Assembly: GCA_000934665.2 (NCBI GenBank)
Contig: JYFJ02001307.1
Coordinates: 1 to 64,000 of the forward strand
DNA: 64,000 nt
Reading direction: 5' to 3'
Source of the DNA: Catajapyx aquilonaris
Taxonomy: Eukaryota
Both the position numbers and the translations under genes were made by a program. The notes under the pieces are model-generated. The model saw only the letters and a list, made by a program, of their open reading frames with translations. It did no database searches and was not told the origin of the DNA. Positions 43,839-57,300 of the stretch are shown here, piece after piece (within the stretch, counting starts at the first letter, position 1; the number at the start of each line of letters is the position of its first letter).

Positions 43839-44721
43839 ATGAATCACTAGTCCAAAGAGTAGCAAAATTCTTCCTGTATAGATCGAGCGTTAAATAAAAC
43901 GGTTACAATAATTATTACTATATAATTATATTCATTTTTTAAATACCTGTAAAGTAACTCAATAATATTGCTGTATAGCACATTGAAAACCATGTATCCC
44001 ACAGTTTCAACAGAACGGACTAGTCACACAAAAGTGGCGCTTTGATATGCAATGTGAATGAAACCCACCCACACAAAATATAATCATCAGTGATCATTAT
44101 AAACCCAGCTTGGAACAAGTACAGAGCAGTGCAAAAAAAATTTGTGACAAGTACATGACTTCATGACAGCTACATTACTTCACTCAGGTCTGGTGACACT
44201 ACAGCAAGAAAACATTTTTCAGCATGAAAACAGCTGGAAAAAATTTGTTATTCATTGTTGATAACAATAAAGAATTATCTGTCTGCAGTGAAACCAGACC
44301 TAAGCTAAACACAATCACTGCAACATATCTTTTGATTCTAGTCTGACCCATGTTTTTCTTCTTCGCCAGCGACTGGGGCAGAGTTATGCTACTTTAAAAA
44401 GTCTAGTTACTAACTCACTTCTAAGAGTGAAGCTAGAGCCTGCTAGACTGCACTCAAAAGGGAATGCATGCCATCAGGAGTCCTTCCCCTCCACTACCCA
44501 ACAATAAACAACAATACACTTACCAGTCAAATAAATAAACAAAAAATACACCTGTTATAAAGGAGCATTGCTTTGAGCCTCGCAAAAGTCATCCTTTCCA
44601 AAATGACTAAATGACTTTTACTTCTTTTTTGGCCGTTTTGGAATATACATTGCCTAAGCTCAAGTCATTGTACCACGGTTTTGTATTCCCTTCTCTTAAA
44701 GATTAAAATGTAGCAAGGTCA

Positions 44722-47700
44722 TCAGTCACTGCTCAATTTGACCTTTGCTCTCTTCCTCCTGCGCTCTTCCCTGGAGAGACGTTTGTGGTAGCTCTGGGCC
44801 AATGAGTTGACAATTGAGACCACAAAGTACGCTATCATTAGGACCACCACCTTTTCAAAAATGGCAGCCAGTAAGCTTCCCTCCTGTAAAGAAGAACAAT
44901 TGAACACATTACAAATCAGCCTGAAGGAACTAGGGGCAAATGAAACCATCATTTATACCACGCGCTTCAAAATTGAGCTTTCATTAATTTTGGTGCAAAT
45001 ATTGCATGTACTCACCTCCATGCATTCATCTTCAATTTTAGCAAGGAATTACATGCATGTAACAGTCGGTTATATACTAGATATGCCAATTACCTTATCA
45101 ATTGTTTTGCATCATGTGCGTAACTATCTAGTGCCATGCCCAGATGCCAGTTATGGTCAAGACAAAATTGTAAGGCAATGCAGAGCCTTCATCCTATCAA
45201 CATCCCACTACCCATCCCAAACACCTTTGCGGGAGAAATCTAATCAGCCAGGAGACTTTCCTGTGTGATGCGCAAATTTATAGGCACATGCACCTTGCAT
45301 TTATGGCTCACCAACTATGCCTGAAACACTGTTATTGCCCTAATAAATCTCATTTGGGCTTTTGTATGGGTGAGATTGACTATGGGTTTCATGTGCTTCT
45401 AATTTTGGCTTGGCTATGCAATAGTATCCTTTAAGAGGGCCGGGTACCTGGCGACCGCGCCACTTTTCAGGCAAAGCGATGAGAAAAACGGGTGCGGATT
45501 CATTGTCTTCGTTCGACATATCCTCGCTCCTATGGGAGGTACGGACATGCGGTTTTTTGCGTTGCACGGAGGGATGACCGGCGCTGCCTCCGGTCTTGGT
45601 CCGGTCCGGATCGGCCCACAAACACCGCATCTGGGATGGGAAACGCATTTGCCACAGGGGCGTCGAGCCGGAGGACGAAATTCAAAAAAGGAGCTTGTAG
45701 GTCCACAGGCCCACTGTCTATGTTTCTGCTGACGATTTTTGGGTGCGCCGGGATTGTTTTTGTGGACGTGAGGCTGCACGAAACGAGACCCTAAGGACAC
45801 AGACACAGCGAACAGAACGAGAGAAGAACAGAGCGGCAACACGGCGCCCGTTGCCCCCCAACTCCCACCCTCAGAGTAGGGAATACAGGCTGGTTGCCAA
45901 GGACGGGGGTGTGGGTGGGACGGGGTGTGGGTGGGACGGGGTGGGAGTGGGGGGGCAACGGGCGCCGTGTTGCCGCTCTATTCTTCCCTCGTTCTGTCCG
46001 CATGTGTCTGTGTCCTTAGGGTCTCGTTTCGTGCAGCCTCACGTCCACAAAAACAGTCCCGGCGCACCCAAAAATCGTCAGCAGAGACACAGACAGTGGG
46101 CCTGTGGACCTACAAGCTCCTTTTTTGAATTTCGTCCTCCGGCTCGACGCCCCTGTGGCAAATGCGTTTCCCATCCCAGATGCGGTGTTTGTGGGCCGAT
46201 CCGGACCGGACCAAGACCGGAGGCAGCGCCGGTCATCCCTCCGTGCAACGCAAAAAACCGCATGTCCGTACCTCCCATAGGAGCGAGGATATGTCGAACG
46301 AAGACGATGAATCCGCACCCGTTTTTCTCCTCGCTTTGCCTGAAAAGTGGCGCGGTCGCCAGGTACCCGGCCCTCTTAATAAGAATATTTCCAAGTGGTC
46401 TTACAGAAGGAATGGGTGCTCCAGACTTCCGATGAAGTTTGGCCTTCTGCTCCTGCAGGAACTGCCTGAATGGGGCCTGCAATCGATGGCCCACAAGAGG
46501 CAGCCGCGCCAGGGCAGCCAAGAGCTTTTCCAACAATGTCTCACTGAAGGCAATGATGACACACAGCTTCTGTAGGTGCATCTTGACCACTGCTTTCCCA
46601 ACCAATGTTGCCCCAAAGAAGGTCCAAAATGGAATCAGGAAATGACCACATGTTATTCCAGCCAAGTCAAACAGTGGATTTGGGATCTGGAAAAGAAAAT
46701 AACAATTTATACCTTATTCCGTACTCCTCAAGTTAATTCTCTTAAAAGTCAGGTGTATATCCTTACCGATGCACAAAGCATAATTCCCATGAACCCAACT
46801 CGCTCCACCAGGCGCTCTATGCTCAGTTTGGCCTGGTCAAGCCAAGTCTGGAAAATATTCAATGCTACCATGAAGTTTCACAAGTGACTGTACACACACC
46901 TCCTGCCTGACCTCAAAATGTGCCCTCTTCAATACTTTTCAGGGTTTGACAGTAGACAACCAACCAACCAAGAGCAGAAAAATAATTATCTAAAACTACT
47001 TTATTGGCATCAGAAGTGTACCAGGTAGAAACCTGGATTGTTTTGAGATTTTCATGCATTTAACATTAAATTAGACAATTGTCATTAAAATATAACCTGA
47101 TTTTTGATTCTTGGCTTGCTCAACATTTCAAAGAACTTCTTTGAAATTTACTAGCCTTCATCTAACATGTGGCAGCTCATTACAACCCTGAAATTACTTC
47201 AAAGTTACTCTGCATTTCACATGGTTCAATAATCCTGGCAACCTCAGCTAAAACATGAGCACAAGCAGACACACACCATGTCCTCTGGCTTCTCCTTTTT
47301 CCGCTGAAGCTCCTCAAACTCCCTGAGCTCCTCATCCTCTGATTCTTCATCTTCTGGTGCTTCCTCATAATCACCCCCACCTTCTGCTGCTCTGGTCTTT
47401 TTTACAACAGCTCCACCACCAGCACCTGACAGTCTGGCTGCCCTGGCCATAAAATAGGGTGGAAGTTCTCCAAGGGCAGTTCCTGCACCCCACATGAAGG
47501 CCTCCACCCTCACCTTAGCCATTATCGTCCAAAGTGACACTAATGCTGGATTTGCTGCCGTCTCTGGACACAATATCTCATTTGGATATGGTGGCTCAGG
47601 GAAATCAAGAGACCCACATTCATAAGCAGCCATGGTCACAGAGGCAATATGTGGGCCTAGGTACAGCAGGAAGGTATGTAATCCTGTGCCCAACCCAACT

Positions 47701-50700
47701 GAAGATAGGATCCCAAGGCCAACCCAGTAAGCCCACCACATCACACGCTCCTGTGCTGTTGCGATCAGCTTCTGGTGTGGGCCAGGGGTGCCATATGCTA
47801 TGGCCACTAGTGCAGCTGTCACCAGGAATGTAGCCACGGCCTTACGGTGGGTTAAGAGGCTGCGCCCATGGGAACGGAGATCAAGGACAAGTTCACGGGC
47901 AAAGTAGTGCAAAGTGGTTAGAGGCCTGCGCCAGAGGACTATAGATTCTCGGGTCTTCTGCTCCAACTGACGCTCCTGCAGGCGCTCCTGCAGGGCTGAG
48001 GAAGAACTGCCTGCACCATTGGCCTGCAGAAGGGGTGAACCGAAAGTGGAAGGCTGCTGCCTCCGCTTCACCTTGCCACTGTCACCACTACTCATCTCCA
48101 CCACTGCTGATCCACTTCGAAGGCTCTTCTCTAGTCTCTCCACCTGCAATAAGTCAAAATTTAAATACTGTCCCCATTGTACTGCATCCCACAAAGGCAA
48201 TCCATCTCAGTCTAAGAGAACATTTTTGCCAAAGTTTTGAATTGCCTTAACATGATCGTGATAGGGCTCACCCTATACGCCAGGCCACATGCAACCCTCC
48301 CCGCTACATGGGTTCCCTGGTACACAGGATGAACCCCCATCACCAGCACATTAATGCATTTTAATCAAAACTTAATGAACGACTATTTCCACAATGAAGT
48401 TAATATTACCACTGCAGTGATTTTGTCTGAGGAAATTACTAGAAGCCTTAACCTGAAAGAAGTGTGCCTTTGGCATCATCCTGTATATTCTACCAGAAGA
48501 ATATGAAGCACCTGAGGTTCAGCAATCTGTGACATTATCATGACATTTCCAAAGGGGAGGATGGAACTACAGTATATTAGTTCTCAAAGGTCTCCCAACA
48601 CTCCCACGTGCAAGTTGCAAAAGAGCTATGAATTTCCCAACTCACTCTGAGTGCCAGCATTTAATAGTCTGATGACAAATTGAATTCAGATGTCACACTG
48701 AAGCAATCCTCCTAAATGAAGGAATGTCTTACAAATTTAATTCTCAAATAAATTATTAATGTAATGACATATTGGGAGAATTATCACATGACCCAAAAAT
48801 TAAACCAGTTACAGGCATTGGCTTTACCAAGAGAATTCACTTTAGGCTGCCGTTCTCTTCTGCTATGACTTCCAGGAAAAAGGAAATGCATTCTGATGAC
48901 CAGGGCGACAATCAATAAACTCATCAATATGCCCTGACATGAACAAGTTCATCACAATATCAAAGCAAAATAAAAAAATTCTACATGCAACTTATCATGG
49001 TACAGTACAGGCAAAATGATACTTCCAGCACAGAACAATACATCAACAGCACAAAATAAAATAATGTAAACCAGAAAAACGAAACAAAATTGCAGAAAAA
49101 TTGCAAATAGAACTGCATCCCAAGTGTCTTAAAATCCAGCATACAAGATATTTACGCAATAAAAAGGTGTCTTGAATTGAGGCACTCGGAGGAAAAACGG
49201 CACATCCCAACCAACCTCCGATTTTGAGATTGTAGTGCTTTTGTACTCTCCTGCCATCTACCTTTCATGTTTGAAGTCCCAAATGAATTGGGATATGCCA
49301 AAGCTCACACATTCCACTTGTAAAATTGGTCCGCAATGGAAAATCCTATTCTCTTGCAACACAAAAGCTGTTTATCTCAAAATGAACTCCAGTTGGGATA
49401 TGCCGTTTTTCCTCTGAGCACCTCAATTATGCCCTACGTCCTGTTAAAGACAGATAATTTGTTTCCTGAAGTAAAACAGAGTTCTCACTTGGTTACTTGG
49501 TTGCATTCTACAATCGAAATAACCCTTTATAGGTTTGCCTCAGAAAGGACTTTTGTCTTAGCAAACATGGACTAAAAGTCTAACATCTGACCTGGTAATA
49601 TTCACGATGAGTCTACTTATTCTATCATGTACCAATCAATATATGACCTGCAAATTGTTCCAGTACACGTGTCTGTACCTGAAATCAAGATCTACTGATT
49701 AGCTCAAACTCCAGGTTCAAACACTTTTGTTATCAAAAATTCCATATTTCTTTATTAATCCCAGATAACTATAATTGCCAGTCCCATGTCTTCAAGACTA
49801 CCCTTGTACTCACACTCCTATGAAATCATATAAACTGATTACTCATGCTACATGCACACAAAAAGTGCTTAATCCTAGAAGATAATGCACGCTCCCTGCA
49901 CCAGGTTCAAAGCAATGCATCACCCCCAGCAAGCCAGGTGAGTAGTTTACAACACAAGCATCCTTAGTAAACAGAGCGCAGTCTAAAGTCCATGCCGGGA
50001 CCTGAACAGTACAAGTTCCGCTTATCATCCTTGAGTCCTATCTTGGAGATGGCAAAACAAGAGTTGCATAATGTGGCTGCTTTCATCATGTTCCTTTGCC
50101 CTACAGGCCAAAGGGAGCAACTAATTACCCTTAGGCTCTGTGAAAATAGCATTTTAAAGGTGCCTTTGGTTACCTGCCAAACATGTATACAATGTTGGCC
50201 AACTCAAATAATTCCCACCCACACAAAAATGTCTGGACTTTGTCACTTGCTTACCAGCTCAAAGAACAAAGGCACGTGGCTCAACCATGTACAGTTAAAT
50301 GCTCATAGAAAGACCCTCCTACACATTACTCCATGAATTTTGCCATATATATTACAAGAACAATAAATATGAGGCAATAAAAAAGGCACTACAGCCTTGA
50401 AATGGCCCTTCCAGCTGCCAACTACATACTCTAATCCTGCATAACTAAACCTAACAAAAATAAACTTGTTGCCTGGGCATACATCTATGCAGGAAATGTT
50501 CCTGATGATTATTATTCCCTGTGTATGTGGCCTTGGTCTCAATCACCTTAAACTTGCCAATCTTGTTGACTGCCATTTTTCCAACTCACATTAGTCTCAG
50601 GAAGCCAGTCCACCTCAACCACAGCTGACAAACCACTTGTGCTTGTCACTGCCATCCCCAACCTCAATATGATTCTGACACGCTTTCTTGACTTTCACTT

Positions 50701-51186
50701 TTGCTTCCCAGCAAGAATGTGCTGCTCTTCCTCTGCTTATAAACACTCTGCTTCCCAGATAAGCACAAAAAGGTAAAAAATGTTGCTGCAGCGCATGTGT
50801 GTCATCTAGGAACTATGACCGGACTTTGATGCTTTCAATCATCTACGAATTAGCTCTTTGGAACACGGCCATCATTCGCAATCAACCAATGACCTCAATT
50901 TTTCCCCCTTTCCTCAGGTCAATATGTGAGGAAGCAGCTGACTGACTACTGCAGCACAAAAAATGATAAAATTTCAACAATCATGCAACAGTGGAAATAA
51001 GCCAGAAAGCAGTGCAAAGGCAACGAATTTGGATACCAAGGCAGCCTTTTTGCCCTTGACTGGAAGTTGCCGCCGCCGCAGTTCTTCCCTCAGGCGATCA
51101 CATGTCAGGAGGGCTAGTGCCTTCAGGTCCAGCTCCTCTTCTGCCCCTTGCTTTGCAGCTGCTCCGCTACTTCCTTTTCTACGCAT
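44722..51186 (-). CDS. VMP1: Vacuole membrane protein 1 (VTT/DedA-domain ER scramblase), with a candidate N-terminal SAP-domain exon (~513 aa; ~447 aa from ATG 48095)
   Basis: Exons 51186-51037 (SAP, inferred), 48143-47277, 46847-46767, 46686-46405, 44883-44722, all phase 0. Hallmarks [82 protein letters not shown]. The VMP1 identity is firm; inclusion of the SAP exon is less certain. Confidence 0.93.
45435..46375. mobile_element. Young foldback transposon with ~435-bp TIRs, GAG...CTC termini and TTAA TSD (Sola3-like; Kolobok possible) in the last VMP1 intron
   Basis: TTAA|GAGGGCCGGGTACCTGG...CCAGGTACCCGGCCCTC|TTAA (TSDs 45431-45434 and 46376-46379). Arms are nearly identical, as shown by mirrored ORFs on both strands. 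Short G-rich centre. Confidence 0.92.
49179..49424. mobile_element. Small MITE with GAG...CTC termini and 4-bp AATT TSD (Sola-like) in a VMP1 intron
   Basis: AATT|GAGGCACTCGGAGGAAAAACGGCACATCCCAAC...GTTGGGATATGCCGTTTTTCCTCTGAGCACCTC|AATT; ~33-bp imperfect TIRs. Confidence 0.8.
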
Positions 51187-53104
51187 CTTGATGCTTTCTA
51201 TTCCATCTCTGCTTCACTACCCTCTAATTTTAGTAAGCTGGGAGGAAAACCACAATGGACATTTTAACAATGGTTCCACTTTCTCCACTTCCAACATCTG
51301 CTGCAGCAAATGATATTATGTGCTGATCAATACACAGTACCACAAACTACACTACCACATATATGCAATCAAAAGGAATTATGTAAATATTATGCTTAAC
51401 ATATGATACAACTATACAACAAAAGAAAACCATGTCATCAACATTATTCATCCCGATGTTTTCGCTCTGTGGGGTAGTCAGCGATGAAGAATGAGATGAG
51501 ATTTAACCCCAATTATTATCTAAAAATGACAGGCATTCATTGAATACAAATAAAGGTTTAAACAGTCTGAATACTCCAAAATAATACTCCAAAATAACAT
51601 AACCTACCGCCAAATATGCTCATGTAATATGGCTCACAACCCTACTAGGTCAGTACCCTGCATGACACTATTGACACATAGCTTGAATTTTCTTATTTTT
51701 AAATGAAAGCATGTGTTCATCTCTCATCCAAATCTCTCAAACTGACAAAGCGTGTCACATAAATAAATACCTAATCAGCCATATATGGACAACCTTCAGC
51801 TCTTGGCAACTGCTTGTCCCTAAACACCATGCACATGCACATTATTTATGGTTAGTTTTAGACTATATCTTACCATGCAATTTGAGTGGGCCTGTGGACA
51901 AAAAAAAATATACCACAACAATTTCAAGCTCTATAATTATATTCCACTCCTGCAATTTCTGACCGATGCAGTTCCCGACTCTTACGTTACGGTCGCGTCA
52001 CATGACTGATGTGTTAGAAATGACACTCCACTAATTACAGCTAATACGACTCCTTTGTGAGAAATGTTACAGGAAATAATACTGTCAACTGCCACTATGC
52101 TTATAAAAAGAAAGGAAGCATAGGCCTATAAATGCAAGCCAACCTTTAAAAAGCTCGTTACTCTGAAATGCTCTGGCATTTTCGACCATTAGAGAGAGGA
52201 TTTGGATTAGTGTTCAGCCTGCTTTGTTCTTCCTATATTATCTCCAGGAAATGAAGACAAAAAAAATGCAACATTGTCTGTAATGAGAGAAACTGACAAA
52301 TGTAGTTTATACACTACTAGAAATATACAGCCCATCCTGCACATATCTGTGAATTTGTATTAGGTTTCCAGTGAAAGCACTGGTTGGTAAAAATAATAGT
52401 GGATCAATACTGTCATTCAAACCTGGGGTGCCAGGTTAGAATGTGTTGATCCGTGCATAAGATCTATCGTAAACGAATATAATTAGGTCAGGTAGTAGGA
52501 TAGTGAAAGTTGGGTTAGGGTAGGTTATGAACCAGACAGGTTTGATTAGTTTTACAGGTTCACCCGGTACCACCAGCACACTAACAGTAAGTAGGTAAGA
52601 ATATAATGGAGTATCATATGCCAGGACTGTAGCATCAATGGATAATGTTTCATTCATCACACATTTCATCATGCCCAAGATCCATTGCTATTGATCAGCA
52701 CTCCACAAAACTGCTACACCCAAAACAACATTCACTACACCATCTTCAATTATTATTTCAATTTGTTTTTACTCCCTGATTATGATCCTGCTTTACTCTC
52801 GAGAGTCAGAAACAGATATTGAACATACATACATACTTGAACTTACATTATCACATATAGGAATAAGATCCTACCTAGAAGTTCAGTAAATGCAAGTGAA
52901 TTCCTGTAACATAACTATGCACCAGGACTATTATTTACTGACAAAAAAAGGTTTACCTCTATTTCCCCTATGGCTTATGCAATATGAGATGTACATTGCA
53001 AAAAATGAGTCTTGTAACCTACATTCTTAATACCAGGAAATTCTACGTACCACTTATAATGCAACATACATACACCCAATATCAACTGGTCATCAGCGAT
53101 TCTA

Positions 53105-53362
53105 CAGTAGAACCCCGTTTACCCAACCTCGGATTGTCCGACTCCTCGGTATATCCAACCATACAGCACCAGCAATAAATATGTTTTCTCATTAAATATG
53201 GTAATGTTCTATGCATGTTTTGTGTTGCCTTAGTTAAATTGCAAATAGAGCACAATAGTGTATGTAAAAGATAATAAATACTTCCTTATTTCTTACAAAA
53301 CCATAATATTGTACCGTAATATTTCATTATTATACGGGTGACGGATAATCGGGGTTCCACTG
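53105..53362. mobile_element. Tigger/pogo-like MITE
   Basis: TA|CAGTAGAACCCCGTTTACCC...GGATAATCGGGGTTCCACTG|TA. Confidence 0.82.
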
Positions 53363-53922
53363 TACCGGTACCTAAATATTCTCAACAAACCTTGCGTAAC
53401 ATTAGAAAATGTAACCACACTGAAATCACATTTTTCATTAAATGAAAACCTGCCACATATGAACCCCGATACTACACTCCAGTCGTGCTCCAGTATCAGA
53501 AATGGACTTTGAGTCATTTACCTGAAGAATAAATATCCCTCCAATCTACACCCATGCGAATCACCTGTTCTTCCCGGACTAGTCCCCCAGCAAAGCAGGC
53601 GGCTGGAAACCCAAAGGCCCGGTTTCCTAGAAATCGAGGGGCCGGATCTGTGCCAAATACACGTGTGTGCTTTCCTCCTCCTCTAATCACACCGCATCGT
53701 TCTCTTTTTTTTTCCACCCCCGACCTCCCTCTCCCACACCTCCCGTTCCCCTTTCTCCTTGTTGATGGGACTCCGCCTCCGTGAGCAGCCGTGACTGGAC
53801 GAAACATAGTTGCACAATCGAGAGACACGCGACCGAAACAATACAAATATCAGTCCACCTCCTCCCGCCAATCCCTCCGGATTTGACTCCCTCCCGGATG
53901 ATCTGCAGGTCGGGTTTCTTAC

Positions 53923-54358
53923 CGGCCAAGCGGCGTCCTTCCCGGCAGTAAGACACGAACAGAACGAGCACAGAAGCCGGACGACGAATCCGAATAATCA
54001 CCTCCACGCCGCCATCTTTAATTAGCCTTCCGCCCGCCCTCCCCCCTCCTCCTCTCCTCCTTGCCCACTGCTTCAAAGGAGGCCGCCAGAAGGCACCACC
54101 GTCGCCTCGTAATAGCTACTAACACTCGCGGCGATTGGATGACGTAACGGCTACTTCATAATCTCACAAATGGGCGGGAATGGAAATATCTAGTTCAGCC
54201 GCGATGCTACATTCTGGTCGTCCGAATTCCAAGATGGCAGCTTCCACGACGGATGTTTTCTTCCGTAATTTTAAGGCAGCAGACGACAGTTTTAGTTTTA
54301 GGGACTGGAGCATACGGGCTTGATTTGGAAAAGGCAGAGATTGTGTCGCCAGGGACGT
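53923..54358. promoter_or_regulatory. Putative VMP1 non-coding first exon and bidirectional promoter shared with the VPS9-domain gene
   Basis: GC-rich island. Minus-strand donor CCG|gtaaga (exon ends 53923). YY1-like AAGATGGCGGCG on the minus strand (~54007-54018) and CAAGATGGCAGC on the plus strand (~54230-54241). Confidence 0.55.
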
Positions 54359-57300
54359 ATGGACCGTTTGCATCCTGGATTCATTACCTCCAGATACAAT
54401 ATCATACGAGGAGTTTGTGGGTAGGTCGCCTAAGAGGACGTTCATGGCCTTAGAATAGTGGTACGTTCCTTACATTGACACGAACTTGCTGAACTCTTAA
54501 GAGTTGCAAGGTTTAAATGAGATGGGTACTTATTTCCAACTGTTCCAAAGTTTGAGAGGCATGTTGAGAGGTGACACGTGGATGTTAAATCTGGAAAATA
54601 CCTACTAGCTACTACACACCTGAATATCTGGAAACAGGAGCTAATAAATTGGGCTCCTGCTCGAAATTACTTCCATTCAACGTAGGATGAATAGGAACTC
54701 CTGATTTTTTGTTAGAGAAACTTTGACATACACAGAATGAAATATTGTCATGACAGACTGACAGTAACAGGTGTAGCCAGGGATAAGGTATTATGCTAGG
54801 GAGGGATTTTAATCTTTCAAATCAAGCAACTTTCAGAGTCTAAAGCCCGCTCCACACTGGCTGAATTTCTCCGATGGGGATATTTCTGGACGAGAAATTC
54901 AGCCAGTGTGGAGCGCGTCTCCGATCCAGTTTGTGACGTCATCATGCGAATTTTAAATTTCAGTCGATTTTCCATTTTCTCCAACGGAGTCGGGCAGGAT
55001 TTTTCCATATGAGAAACTCAGCCAATGTAGAGCGGGCTTAATAGCTCATGAACTATGCATCTTTCCATTTAACATTAAAATTGGATTATTTCTAATTTTT
55101 TGCCATAATATTACATTAATCTGCAACATTCAAACCTTGTTGATGTACTGTAGTTAATATCTCGTAATTTATTTAACATTGTACAACTAATAAACTGATT
55201 AATTATTAACAGTCAGAATTTGAATAAACCTCATTTTGACCATTGTTGAGGCTTAAAAAACAGTTTTTGGGACAGATACAAATATGGATGGGTTATTTTG
55301 AAAGCACATAACACTAGCTTTCAGAATATGTCATAATTATTGGCTTGTGTATCAACTTGGGGGGAAGGGAGGGCCTTTTACTGGAAGGCATGTTTCCACA
55401 TGGCTAGGGCCTGCAGAGGTGGTGTCGTTCTACCACCCCATTGGCACCTTTGGGACGGCACTGAGGGTGTTTAAGCCATCTTTCGCTGATACTGTTTGCA
55501 GTGATCGTCACATGTATTTGAGAGTTTGTCTAATTGAACTCTCTTCATTCACCCTCTCCAAAACAATTGCATTTTTGAGTAAAGCTTCATGCTTCTACCC
55601 AGTAACATATATCTGCCAAAATGATTCCTTAAACACTCATTGTTAGATTTCAGTATCATGCCTCATAATCTTTTGTTGCAATGTTATTAGATGTCAAGTA
55701 CCTGATTACAGAAGAGCAGCACAGAGAAGGCAGCCTGCACATCAACAGAGCCAGCAATACCCATTATTGTAGTTTAAAAGCTCCCTCACCAGGTAACACC
55801 ACAAATACAATTTAATGGCATTCAACATCATCCGAAATTACCACCATTTTCTCTTCTGATGCTTAAGCAATCTGTAACTATGCAAAAATCTGATGAATTA
55901 GAAGAGGAGGAATTTGAGAAAAGGTGGCACCCACATCGCAACATAACTTCTAGACAAGAGTAAGTCACAAAAAAATTGCCAAATCTGCTGTCACAATTTG
56001 TCCTTTTAGGAATGTGCCCTATAAACATGTATAATAACACCTGTGGTGTGCCTTGCAGTGCAGCAGAATTCCTCAACATGTTCCCAGTGCACATCAACTT
56101 GTTGGTAGATTTAGAAGCAGATATATGTAGTGCCCGTACAGAACATCCACTTGAATCCGACTGCCTGGAAAAATCACGAAGCTACATCCGCAGACTGATA
56201 CGTGATCACTGGTCACGATTTTTGTTGGCTCACCCTGAAAGCTACCGTCAAGATAGCAATTTCCAGACCCTCCTTGCAGCTGCAATAGAAACGTAAGTCC
56301 ACAGAGATTCTCTATGCTGCCTGTCCCAAGGTTGTATTACAGTCCGGAAAAAGATCCAGGAGACAATTACAAAGGGCATAACTTGATACTATGCAGTTGG
56401 TTTTCACAGCACTTGCATACACACTTTGAATGAAACGTTGGTCTAGAATTCTAGATGCTCCCCAACACACCTTGCCATTATTAGAGCTGTTTGTATGAAT
56501 TGAAATTTAGGGATATTTGATGTAAACATCATCTGAAATTCTTCTTTACTAATTTGTTACATCTAGTCCATAAATAAACCACTGATAGACTTCATAATGA
56601 ATTAACAACAATGTAAATGTAATCATCTTACTTGCAGCTATGTAGTGGCATCCCTTCATGACTGCATCTTCGCTGCCATCTGCAACCACCATAAGAATAT
56701 TGACCAAGAGATCCTAGAGCGCAGCATGGATGAGTCAGCCCTGGGATGCCTGTCACTTCCTGACTGGCTACTATGGATCCCAGTCCCATCTGCTGTTGTT
56801 GAACTTGCCACCCTGGATTCTCGATGCAGCCCTGCTGACAAGGCAACATGCATGGCAGCAGCCATTGACTTAGTACAAGCGGAGGTGAAGGGAGCCATAG
56901 CCGACGCCTGGAGTCTGCAGGAAGGCAATGGGACAGCACAAGAGCTACCCCTGAGCCTGAATAGCGAGAGGTTGCGGGCCCTTCTAGTCCTCCTCCTGTG
57001 TAAGGCTCATCCACACCGACTTGCATCAAGCCTTTACTACTGCCAAATGATGCAATGGGCTGCTCCAACCAGCCACCAGGAGGCTCTGTGGCTAATGCAG
57101 CAAGCTGTTCAAGACCTGCTCACGAGATCCAGAAGAGCCCGGGAACCTCCAGCTGCAGATGAGGATGCAAACCGGCTGGGCTTAAAGCGAGAGCTCAGCC
57201 TGGAGGAGGTGATGCGAGTCACAGAGCAGGTTGAACTCAAGTTTGGGCGGCACTCATCTCAACAGCTAGATCAGAGGGAAGGAGAGCTGAGTCCACCAAC

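Noticed and set aside
45340..46575. Several 100-230-aa ORFs on both strands
   Set aside because: They are mirror-image products of the GC-rich foldback element with no transposase motif recognised.
54234..54323. ATG 54234 as start of the VPS9-like gene
   Set aside because: The frame closes after 29 codons; at most a uORF.
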